DNA of 64,000 bases from Elusimicrobiota bacterium (GTDB taxonomy: Bacteria; CG03; SLGR01; JAFGSA01), in assembly GCA_016934855.1 (NCBI GenBank), contig JAFGSA010000025.1, positions 231-64,230 of the forward strand, in the 5' to 3' direction. This document shows positions 9,158 through 17,397 of this stretch, one piece after another. Below the pieces are notes generated by a model, which saw only the letters and a program-made list of their open reading frames with translations, had not been told where the DNA came from and made no database searches. A program made the translations under genes and the position numbers. The first letter of the stretch is position 1; each line of letters begins with the position of its first letter.

Positions 9158-9739
9158 ATGAGCAGAAGCAGATTTTTCGCGCACGCCACGGCAGAGGTGG
9201 AAGAAGGGGCTATCATAGGAGAAAACACCAGAATATGGAATTACACGCACGTGATGAAGGGAGCCGTGGTGGGTTCGGGATGCAACATCGGGCAGAACGT
9301 GTTCATAGGGGCTAAAGCAGTACTGGGCAGTAACGTAAAGGTGCAGAACAACATATCGATATACGACGACGTGATAGTAGAAGACGACTGTTTCCTGGGG
9401 CCTTCCATGGTTTTTACGAACGTGATAAACCCCAGGGCTTTCATAGAACGCAAGAACGAGTACAAAAAGACGCTTGTGAAAAAAGGCGCGACGGTAGGGG
9501 CGAACGCCACCATAGTCTGCGGCGTGACCCTCGGGGAATATTCGTTTGTCGGGGCCGGCAGCGTAGTCACTAAAGACGTGGAGCCGTACGCGCTCGTGTA
9601 CGGGAACCCGGCCAGGTTCAGGGGATTCATCTGCATGTGCGGGCTGAAACTCAAGGAACCGGGGCAGAGCAAGATACTGGAGTGTTCATGCGGCTCCAGG
9701 TACAAGCAGGTCGGGGACCGGGAGATAGACCCTTTCTAA
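9158..9739 (+). CDS. Left-handed beta-helix (hexapeptide) N-acetyltransferase, WbpD/WlbB-like
   Basis: Hexapeptide repeats run throughout ([66 protein letters not shown]). The [12 protein letters not shown] tail is typical of sugar 3-amino N-acetyltransferases. Confidence 0.75.
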   Translation: MSRSRFFAHATAEVEEGAIIGENTRIWNYTHVMKGAVVGSGCNIGQNVFIGAKAVLGSNVKVQNNISIYDDVIVEDDCFLGPSMVFTNVINPRAFIERKNEYKKTLVKKGATVGANATIVCGVTLGEYSFVGAGSVVTKDVEPYALVYGNPARFRGFICMCGLKLKEPGQSKILECSCGSRYKQVGDREIDPF

Positions 9740-9761
9740 CCCGGGACCGGTAAAAAGAGTA

Positions 9762-9790
9762 TTGACAATAACACAGGGGTATGTTATAAT
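9762..9790 (+). promoter_or_regulatory. Consensus sigma70-type promoter (TTGACA-17 nt-TATAAT)
   Basis: TTGACA at 9762-9767 and TATAAT at 9785-9790 with exactly 17 nt between them. It lies in the 74-nt gap upstream of the regulator gene starting at 9814. Confidence 0.6.
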
Positions 9791-9812
9791 ACGTTTAGAA
9801 CGTACTAAACGT
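9791..9812 (+). promoter_or_regulatory. Perfect 8-bp inverted repeat (ACGTTTAG-N6-CTAAACGT), candidate operator
   Basis: ACGTTTAG at 9791-9798 and CTAAACGT at 9805-9812. The repeat starts immediately after the -10 box and ends 1 nt before the ATG of the winged-helix regulator. Confidence 0.45.
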
Positions 9813-9813
9813 T

Positions 9814-10299
9814 ATGAATAAACAGAAAAAAACTGATTTTCAAGTGCAATTCGCGAACGCGGCGGGTATGCTCGCTTCGCGGTTCAGCCTCAATCCGACC
9901 GTGGGCCAGATATACGGGCTGCTGTACATGTCCAACGGCCCCGTCTCCCTGAGCGAAATGGTGAAAAAACTCGGCATCAGCAAAGGTTCCGCCTCGACGA
10001 ATGTCAGGATACTGGAATCCTGGGGAGCCGTCCGCAAGGTATGGGTGGACAATTCGCGCAAGGATTACTATGAAGCCAATCCCGATACGCTGAACATAAT
10101 CATCAACAGGGTCAGGGAAGGGGTGGGCAAAAGGCTGGACGAAGCAGAAGAGAAGCTGAAGAATGTTGAAAAGGGCCTGGCATCTTCGGCTGCCGCAGCA
10201 GAAGATAACGCCGGTTTCTACGAATCCAGGATAAATAAGATAAAAGAATCTTACGGACAGATAAAGGACCTGCTGCAGTTTTTCAGCCGGGAGGACTGA
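9814..10299 (+). CDS. GbsR/MarR-type winged-helix transcriptional regulator
   Basis: HTH pattern is GQIYGLLYMSNGPVSLSEMVKKLGISKGSASTNVRILESWGAVRKV, followed by a helical C-terminus. It is the first gene after the consensus promoter. The next ATG lies 1 nt after its stop. Confidence 0.65.
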   Translation: MNKQKKTDFQVQFANAAGMLASRFSLNPTVGQIYGLLYMSNGPVSLSEMVKKLGISKGSASTNVRILESWGAVRKVWVDNSRKDYYEANPDTLNIIINRVREGVGKRLDEAEEKLKNVEKGLASSAAAAEDNAGFYESRINKIKESYGQIKDLLQFFSRED

Positions 10300-10300
10300 T

Positions 10301-11308
10301 ATGAACCCTAAAATAGCCGTTATAGGCGCCGGTAACTGGGGAAAGAACCTGGTCAGGAATTTCATGAAGCTGGACGCGCTGTACGCAGTCTGCGATTCCA
10401 CGGGCGATGTGCTGGAAAACGTGAAATCATCGTGCCCCGGGGTTAGGACTACAGGCGAATACCCGGATATACTCAAAGACAGCAAGGTGGACGGCGTCGT
10501 TATAGCCACGCAGGCTCACCAGCATTATGAACTCGCCAGGGAGGCTCTTCTGGCCGGCAAAAGCGTATTCATAGAAAAACCGATGACGACAAAAGTGAAG
10601 GACGCGGAAGCCCTGGCCGCGCTTGCCGAGAAACATCCGGCTCAGACTGTGATGGTGGGGCACCTCATGAACTATCACCCGGTAGTCGCGAAGATGAAAC
10701 AGATAATAAACGCCGGCGAGCTCGGAGAGATATACTACCTGTACAGCACCCGCATAAATCTCGGTGTCGTAAGACAGGTAGAGAACGTCGTCTGGAGCCT
10801 CGCAGTGCATGATATTTCGGTCTTCATAGACCTGATACCGGGCGGGATCAGGTACATAGACTGCCAGGGCGGGGCTTTCATACAGGAGAGCATAGAGGAT
10901 GTGGCTTTCATTAACCTTTATTTCGAGAACGGCATCATGGGCCATATACACGCAGGGTGGCTCGATCCCCTCAAGATCAGGAGAATGACCGTCGTGGGGA
11001 GCGGCAAGATGGCTGTATTCGACGACATGCTTACCGAGGAAAGCCTGAAGATATACGACAAGGGGGTTATGAAGAATAACCCGGAAAGTGCGGCGCAGTA
11101 TTCGGATAACATCAAGATCAGGTACGGCGACATACATACACCGCGTATAGACATGAAAGAGCCGCTTGGGATCGAATGCGGGCATTTCATCGATTGCATG
11201 AAGAACAGGAAGAAACCCTTATCCGATGTGTACAAAGGACTGGAAGTCGTCAGGATCCTGGCCGCCGCGGACAAAGCTCTGGAAAAATCGGCTAAAATAA
11301 AGATATAA
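10301..11308 (+). CDS. Gfo/Idh/MocA-family NAD(P) oxidoreductase, WbpB-like sugar 3-dehydrogenase candidate
   Basis: N-terminal Rossmann KIAVIGAGNWGKN and an EKPM motif (VFIEKPMT). It neighbours a DegT aminotransferase and an LbH acetyltransferase. Confidence 0.8.
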   Translation: MNPKIAVIGAGNWGKNLVRNFMKLDALYAVCDSTGDVLENVKSSCPGVRTTGEYPDILKDSKVDGVVIATQAHQHYELAREALLAGKSVFIEKPMTTKVKDAEALAALAEKHPAQTVMVGHLMNYHPVVAKMKQIINAGELGEIYYLYSTRINLGVVRQVENVVWSLAVHDISVFIDLIPGGIRYIDCQGGAFIQESIEDVAFINLYFENGIMGHIHAGWLDPLKIRRMTVVGSGKMAVFDDMLTEESLKIYDKGVMKNNPESAAQYSDNIKIRYGDIHTPRIDMKEPLGIECGHFIDCMKNRKKPLSDVYKGLEVVRILAAADKALEKSAKIKI

Positions 11309-11319
11309 AAGGAGAAGCC

Positions 11320-12309
11320 ATGCACGAAATAAAGGGAAGCAGCGTTCTCGTTATCGGCGGCGCGGGTCTCATCGGGTCTCATCTTGTCGAACAGCTTGTC
11401 AGGGAAGACGCGGGGAAGATCATCGTGTACGATAATTTCTGCCGCGGGTCGCTCGATAACCTTTCCGCCGCCCTGAAAGATAAGCGGGTGGAAGTTTTCA
11501 GGGACGGGGGAGATATACTCCGGCAGGACATACTCGACAGTGCCATGCAGGGCGTCGATTACGTGTTCCACCTCGCTGCTCTGTGGCTTCTGCAGTGCTA
11601 CGAGTATCCCGCTTCGGCTTTCGAGGTGAATATAAGGGGAACTTTCAACGTCATGCAGGCATGCGTGAAGAACAAAGTGAAAAAGCTGGTCTATTCTTCG
11701 TCGGCGTCCGTTTACGGTGATGCCGTGGAAATACCCATGACCGAGGACCATCCTTACAACAACAGGACCTTCTACGGCGCCACAAAGATATCCGGTGAGC
11801 ATATGCTCAGGGCTTTCAGCGAAAGATACGGACTGGATTACGTGGGGCTCAGGTATATGAACGTATACGGGCCGAGGCAGGATTACAGGGGAGCCTATAT
11901 CGCTGTCATGATGAAGATACTCGACAGGATAGAGGAAAACCTGCCGCCGGTAGTCTACGGCGACGGTTCGCAGAGTTATGATTTCGTCTACGTGGAAGAC
12001 GTAGCCAGGGCCAATATCTGCGCTATGAAGAGCGACGCTACCGATTCTTTTTATAACGTCGGTACAGGATTGAAGACCTCGGTGAAGGAGCTGGCCCATC
12101 TGCTTCTGGAACTCACTGGGTCAAAGCTGGAGGTGGAGTACAAGGAGGAAGGAAAGACCTTCGTCACCAACAGGATAGGCTCTACCGTGAAAGCCGAAAA
12201 AGAGATAGGGTTCAGGGCGCAGGTGCCGCTCAAAGACGGCATGAAAAGGCTGATAGAATGGCGGAAAAAGGATAAGACGGGCCTGGAAAAACGAAGATGC
12301 GCCCAATGA
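11320..12309 (+). CDS. NAD-dependent sugar epimerase/dehydratase (extended SDR)
   Basis: Motifs VIGGAGLIGSHL and YGATKISGE (YxxxK), with SSSASVYGD upstream of the catalytic Tyr. Confidence 0.85.
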   Translation: MHEIKGSSVLVIGGAGLIGSHLVEQLVREDAGKIIVYDNFCRGSLDNLSAALKDKRVEVFRDGGDILRQDILDSAMQGVDYVFHLAALWLLQCYEYPASAFEVNIRGTFNVMQACVKNKVKKLVYSSSASVYGDAVEIPMTEDHPYNNRTFYGATKISGEHMLRAFSERYGLDYVGLRYMNVYGPRQDYRGAYIAVMMKILDRIEENLPPVVYGDGSQSYDFVYVEDVARANICAMKSDATDSFYNVGTGLKTSVKELAHLLLELTGSKLEVEYKEEGKTFVTNRIGSTVKAEKEIGFRAQVPLKDGMKRLIEWRKKDKTGLEKRRCAQ

Positions 12310-13505
12310 AGATACCCATAACAAAACCGTATTTCACGGAAGAAGAAAAAGACCTGATGTGCAAACCCCTGGAAACAGGATGGGTGGTCCAGGGGCCCTA
12401 CGCGGAAAAACTGGAAGGGCTCTTTGCGGAGTATACCGGAGCCCGGTACGCGGTCGCTTTCAATTCGTGCACGAGCGCCCAGCTCGCTGCCTCGGCATGT
12501 ATCGGGCTTGAACCCCGGGATGAGGTGATAGTCCCGGCTTTTACCTGGATATCAACCGCGAACGCGGCAGAGTTCAGGGGGGCGGTGCCGGTCTTTACGG
12601 ATATAGAGCTGGAGACTTTCAATATAGATGCGGAAGGGATACGGGATAAGATAACGAAAAAGACGAAAGCAGTCTTCCCTGTCAACCTTTTCGGGCTGCC
12701 TGCCGACCTTGACCGGATCAGGAAGATCGCCGGAGGGAGCGGCCTTAAAATCGTCGAAGACTGCGCCTGCTCCCTGGGCGGTTACGCAGGTAAGACACAT
12801 ACCGGCACTTTCGGGGACTGCGGATGTTTCAGCATGCATCCCCGCAAAGCGATAACCACCGGGGAAGGTGGGATGCTGGTCACCGGTTCGAAGGAAATCG
12901 CCGGCCGCGCAAGATCTTTCAGGAACCACGGGGCCGCGGTCACGGACCTGTCCAGGCACAAAGATTGCGAAGGATACCTGCTCGGCAGTTTCGATTCCCT
13001 GGGCTATAACCTGCGGTTGACCGATATACAGGCGGCCCTCGGCGTCGCCCAGTTCGGGAAACTCGACTATATATTGAAGAGAAGAAACGATATCGCAGCA
13101 ACATACACAGAAGAGCTTTCGCAGACAGGCCTTCTTAAGACTCCGTCGGTTCCGAAAAATATGAAGCACGGATGGCAGTCGTATGTCTGCCTTTTCATGT
13201 ACGATGAGATATTAAAGATAAAAAAGAGCCGCGATTACGGCCGGATAGACGAACTGCATGAGAAGAGGAATCTCTTCATGCGGAGGCTCGCGGACAGGGG
13301 CATCGCGGTCAGGCAGGGCACGCACGCCGTGCATATACAGGGATATTACAGCAGGAAGTACGGCATAGACCGGTTCGGGTTCATAAATTCGTATATAGCA
13401 GACAGGCTGTCTCTGGCGCTGCCCGTGTATCCCCAGATGACAGAGGCGGAACAGGGGTATGTAATCGACAGCATCAAGGAACTGGCAGGCGGTAATAAGA
13501 TATGA
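12306..13505 (+). CDS. DegT/DnrJ/EryC1-family PLP-dependent sugar aminotransferase (WbpE-like)
   Basis: N-terminus IPITKPYFTEEE, Lys-containing SMHPRKAITTGEGGML, and RNHGA. The ATG at 12306 gives an ATGA overlap with the upstream stop. The listed 12297 start is also possible. Confidence 0.88.
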   Translation: MKIPITKPYFTEEEKDLMCKPLETGWVVQGPYAEKLEGLFAEYTGARYAVAFNSCTSAQLAASACIGLEPRDEVIVPAFTWISTANAAEFRGAVPVFTDIELETFNIDAEGIRDKITKKTKAVFPVNLFGLPADLDRIRKIAGGSGLKIVEDCACSLGGYAGKTHTGTFGDCGCFSMHPRKAITTGEGGMLVTGSKEIAGRARSFRNHGAAVTDLSRHKDCEGYLLGSFDSLGYNLRLTDIQAALGVAQFGKLDYILKRRNDIAATYTEELSQTGLLKTPSVPKNMKHGWQSYVCLFMYDEILKIKKSRDYGRIDELHEKRNLFMRRLADRGIAVRQGTHAVHIQGYYSRKYGIDRFGFINSYIADRLSLALPVYPQMTEAEQGYVIDSIKELAGGNKI

Positions 13506-14578
13506 AAGAAAAATTCCTGGATTTTCTGGTAGACCCGGTAACCAAAGGCAGACTGGAGCTCGTCGAACCGAAAAAGGACGGGTACGGTATAAAGACAGGC
13601 AGGCTGAGGAACGCTCAGGGGGTGGAATACCCTATAGACGGCGGTGTACCCAGGTTTATCGGTGAAGATTACCTTAGAGAGGGAGACGGCTCAAAAGACG
13701 ATAAGCTGCAGACGGCCAGGAGTTTCGCGAGCAAATGGTGTTCGAAGCTGTGCGAAGCGGATAAAAACAAGGGCGATTCCAGGGCAGAGCAGTTCCTGGC
13801 GATGCTCGGTGTCGGATCACGGGATCAGCTGAGGGATATCTTCCGCGACGGGATGAACTGCCTGAATGCCGGCTGCGGTCTGGCCTGGAGTGAGTATATG
13901 TTCAATGATAATCCTAAAGTCAACCGGTTTGCCGTGGATATCTCGCGTAGCGTGGACGTCGGGTACGAGAGGACAAGGGACCTGGATAACGTTTTCATAG
14001 GCCAGGCTGACCTGTTCGGACTGCCGTTTAAGAAAGAGTTCTTCGATATTATTTATTCCGACGGGGTGCTTCATCATACAGGCGATGCCGTGAGGGCATT
14101 CAATGATCTCTCAGGATACCTGAAACCGGGAGGGATAATGGGGATATATATATACTGCGTCAAACCTTTTCTGAGGGAGCTGGCGGACCGGGAATTGCGG
14201 GAAGTCACGACCCGCATGAGTTTCGAGGAATGCCTTGATTTCTCGGAGAAGATAGCACTTCTGGGCCGTTCGCTTCAGAGGATAAAGGAGCCGCTGGTCA
14301 TTGATGAGGATATACCGCTTATGAATATAAAGAAGGGGGAGTATGATCTCCAGAAGTTCATATATGACCATTTTGTTAAATGCTACTATAACGATTACCA
14401 GGGGATGGATATGTCTGTTATAACGAACGTTGACTGGTATCATCCCAAGTATGCCACACATCACACCAGGGAAGAAGTCGCAGGATGGTTCGAGACGAAC
14501 GGTTTCGGGGATATAAAATTCGTCCAGCCTAAGGGCTGGGAACATTCCGGGTTCTTCGTATCGGGCAGAAAAAAATAA
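13502..14578 (+). CDS. SAM-dependent methyltransferase with a Trm112-like N-terminal domain
   Basis: N-terminal pattern LDFLVDPVTKGRLEL...YPIDGGVPRF, SAM motif I-like LNAGCGLAWSE, and DIIYSDGVLHH. ATGA overlap with the upstream gene. Confidence 0.7.
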   Translation: MKEKFLDFLVDPVTKGRLELVEPKKDGYGIKTGRLRNAQGVEYPIDGGVPRFIGEDYLREGDGSKDDKLQTARSFASKWCSKLCEADKNKGDSRAEQFLAMLGVGSRDQLRDIFRDGMNCLNAGCGLAWSEYMFNDNPKVNRFAVDISRSVDVGYERTRDLDNVFIGQADLFGLPFKKEFFDIIYSDGVLHHTGDAVRAFNDLSGYLKPGGIMGIYIYCVKPFLRELADRELREVTTRMSFEECLDFSEKIALLGRSLQRIKEPLVIDEDIPLMNIKKGEYDLQKFIYDHFVKCYYNDYQGMDMSVITNVDWYHPKYATHHTREEVAGWFETNGFGDIKFVQPKGWEHSGFFVSGRKK

Positions 14579-14585
14579 AAAACCG

Positions 14586-16385
14586 ATGTGCGGCCTCGCG
14601 GGAATAATCAATATTGACAGGGAAAAAGCAGACAGGAAGATACTGGCGGATATGCAGGCCAGTATAGTCCACCGCGGGCCCGACAGCCGGGGGTCATTCG
14701 TCAGGGGAAACGTGGGGCTGGCGCACAACCGCCTTGCCGTGATAGACCCGTGCCGTGAATCCGATCAGCCGATGGTGATAAACGGCCGGTACGCCATTGT
14801 TTATAACGGCACTGTCTATAATTACAGGGAACTGAGGGAGGAGCTGAAAGGCCGGGGCTGTTCTTTCAGGACCAACAGCGATACCGAGGCGGTGCTCTAT
14901 TCGTATATCGTATGGGGAAATGAATGCGTGGAAAAGTTCAACGGCGTTTTCTCTATCGCCGTCTATGACAGGAAGAAAAAAGAGCTCTTTCTCGCCAGGG
15001 ACAGGTACGGCGCAAAACCCCTTTATTATTACCATGACGACAAAGTTTTTTTGTTCGGTTCGGAGCTGAAGACTTTCACCAGGCATCCGCGTTTCAGAAA
15101 GAGAGTGGACCTCTGCGCGTTAAAAGAGTATTTCGCTTTCCAGAACGTCTTTTCGGAAAGGACTCTGCTGGAAGGAGTGAAGCTGCTGCCCCAGGGTCAC
15201 CGCGCTGTACTGGATACAGAAAAGAACAGTCTCAAGATATCAAGGTACTGGGATTTTGACTTTTCGGAGAAACTGGATACGGACTATAAGTCAGCGGTAA
15301 ACACGTTAAAGAACCTGCTTGATAAGGCGATTACCGGGCAGCTCGTAAGCGACGTCCCCCTGGGAAGCTACCTTTCCGGCGGCATGGATTCGTCGACTCT
15401 CGTGGCGGTCTCGAGCGGGAAACTGCCGTCCATGCCCACCTTCACCGGAGGTTTCTATATGAAAGGCATAGAAGGAAGAGAGGCGGAGTTCGACGAAAGG
15501 GAAAAAGCGGAACAGACCGCCAATTATTTCAGACTCCCTAATTACCAGGTGATAATGAATCCGGGAACAATGCCCGGAATACTGGACAGGCTGGTTTACT
15601 ACAATGACGACCTCAGGGTAGGGCAGTGCTGGCAGAATTTCACCGCCGCGCACCTTGCTTCAAGGTTCGTTAAAGTCGTGCTCTGCGGCGCCGGCGGCGA
15701 CGAGCTCTTCGGCGGCTACCCGTGGAGATACGGCATAGCCGGCCAGTCTGACTCCGAGGAAGATTTCGAAGAAAAATATTTTTCTTACTGGCAGCGCATG
15801 GTCAGGGAAGAAGATATGGCCGCGTTTTTCGCGCCTGGTATTTATGGCGGGATGAAGGATTACAGTCTGCGCGACGTATATGGATCCGTGTTCCGCGGTG
15901 CCCCGGGGGAGTTCAGGGACAGGTACGACAAGATGTTCTATTTCGAGCTGAAGACATTCCTCCAGGGCCTGCTCCTGGTAGAGGACAAGCTGAGCATGGC
16001 GCACGGGATGGAAACCAGGGTGCCGTTCCTCGACAACAGCATAGTGGATTTCGCCGTAAAACTGCCGCATGAGTACAAAATCGACGACAGCAGCTGCGGC
16101 GGAAAGAAAATATTAAGGGAAGCGCAGAAGGACCTGCTCCCTGTGCAGGTATACGGGCAGAAGAAACAGGGTTTCTCTCCGCCTGACGAGAACTGGTACA
16201 GGAACGAGACCGCCGGCTATATCAGGGGCAGCCTGCTCGGCAAAGATACGCATATTTATGATTATATCGACAGGAAGTATATCGGGAAAGTCCTGGAGGA
16301 ACATATCTCCGGAGTAAAAAACAACCGGCTCCTGATCTGGTCTCTGCTTAATTTCAATCTATGGCTGAAAGGATTCACTAATTGA
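14586..16385 (+). CDS. Asparagine synthase-family glutamine amidotransferase (AsnB-like), copy 1
   Basis: N-terminal nucleophile MCGLAGI, PP-loop LSGGMDSS, and Ntn-amidotransferase plus synthetase domain order. Confidence 0.88.
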   Translation: MCGLAGIINIDREKADRKILADMQASIVHRGPDSRGSFVRGNVGLAHNRLAVIDPCRESDQPMVINGRYAIVYNGTVYNYRELREELKGRGCSFRTNSDTEAVLYSYIVWGNECVEKFNGVFSIAVYDRKKKELFLARDRYGAKPLYYYHDDKVFLFGSELKTFTRHPRFRKRVDLCALKEYFAFQNVFSERTLLEGVKLLPQGHRAVLDTEKNSLKISRYWDFDFSEKLDTDYKSAVNTLKNLLDKAITGQLVSDVPLGSYLSGGMDSSTLVAVSSGKLPSMPTFTGGFYMKGIEGREAEFDEREKAEQTANYFRLPNYQVIMNPGTMPGILDRLVYYNDDLRVGQCWQNFTAAHLASRFVKVVLCGAGGDELFGGYPWRYGIAGQSDSEEDFEEKYFSYWQRMVREEDMAAFFAPGIYGGMKDYSLRDVYGSVFRGAPGEFRDRYDKMFYFELKTFLQGLLLVEDKLSMAHGMETRVPFLDNSIVDFAVKLPHEYKIDDSSCGGKKILREAQKDLLPVQVYGQKKQGFSPPDENWYRNETAGYIRGSLLGKDTHIYDYIDRKYIGKVLEEHISGVKNNRLLIWSLLNFNLWLKGFTN

Positions 16386-16386
16386 T

Positions 16387-17397
16387 ATGAAAAAGGTAAA
16401 CATTCTTATCCCGACTGCCGGCAACAGGGTGCAGATAATAAAAAATTTCAGGAGCCTGGAATCCGTAAATAAAGTCGTTACTGCAGATATTGACGAACTG
16501 GCGCCGGCCATGTATTTTGCTGATAAGTGCTACCTGGTCGCAAGGACGGCATCGGACGAGTATCCCGGACAGATAAAACGAATATGTATGAAAGAAAAAA
16601 TAGACTGGATATTTCCTCTGAGCGACCTGGATATCCTTTTTTTTGACAGCAAAAGGGATTATTTCCGGGATACCGCCGGCATATTCATCGCCCCCGGGAA
16701 AACTATAGAGGTGTGCGCGGATAAATATGCCACATGGAAATTACTCGGAGGGCAAGGGCTTTCCGTGCCTAGAACGGTCCTTTTAAGCGGGTTTCACAGA
16801 GACGAGTGGAAATACCCGGTCTTCTTGAAATCCAGGCATATAGGAGATAAGAACTCGGGTAAATATATACTCTCGAAGATAAAATCCGACAGGGAACTCG
16901 AGTATATGCTTGGCATGATAGAAGACAGGGACCGCTATCTGATACAGGAATATCTGGCAGGGCAGGAGGTCAACGTGGATTTCTTCGTGAACGGTTCGGG
17001 GAAACTCGTCGACTATACGCCTCTTAAGAGACTTCAGGCCGGACTGGGAGGCGGCATAACAAGGGGGGAGACGATAGAGTTCGGCGAGCTAGAAAAAACG
17101 ATCGAGGCGCTAATGGGATTGATGGATTTCTACGGGCCGTCCAATTTTCAGATATACATGGACCGGGACCGTACGTATAAGATCACCGAGATAAACCCCC
17201 GCTTTTCAAATTCAAGCATACTTGTAAGAGAGGCGGGAGTCGATTACTACGATATGAGCGTAAGACTGATAAAAGGCGAAACACTTAATAAAGCAGCCGG
17301 AAAGTGCGCCAAGCTCTATATGACGAGCGCGTATATACCGGTTTTTCTCAGCGAAAAGGATATATCGGGAAGAGTCAGGAGCCCGGACGGTGAATAA
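16387..17397 (+). CDS. ATP-grasp domain ligase
   Basis: Motifs YPVFLKSRH, LIQEYLAGQEVNVDFF and ITEINPRFSNS are typical of the ATP-grasp fold. The next gene starts 8 nt before its stop. Confidence 0.7.
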   Translation: MKKVNILIPTAGNRVQIIKNFRSLESVNKVVTADIDELAPAMYFADKCYLVARTASDEYPGQIKRICMKEKIDWIFPLSDLDILFFDSKRDYFRDTAGIFIAPGKTIEVCADKYATWKLLGGQGLSVPRTVLLSGFHRDEWKYPVFLKSRHIGDKNSGKYILSKIKSDRELEYMLGMIEDRDRYLIQEYLAGQEVNVDFFVNGSGKLVDYTPLKRLQAGLGGGITRGETIEFGELEKTIEALMGLMDFYGPSNFQIYMDRDRTYKITEINPRFSNSSILVREAGVDYYDMSVRLIKGETLNKAAGKCAKLYMTSAYIPVFLSEKDISGRVRSPDGE

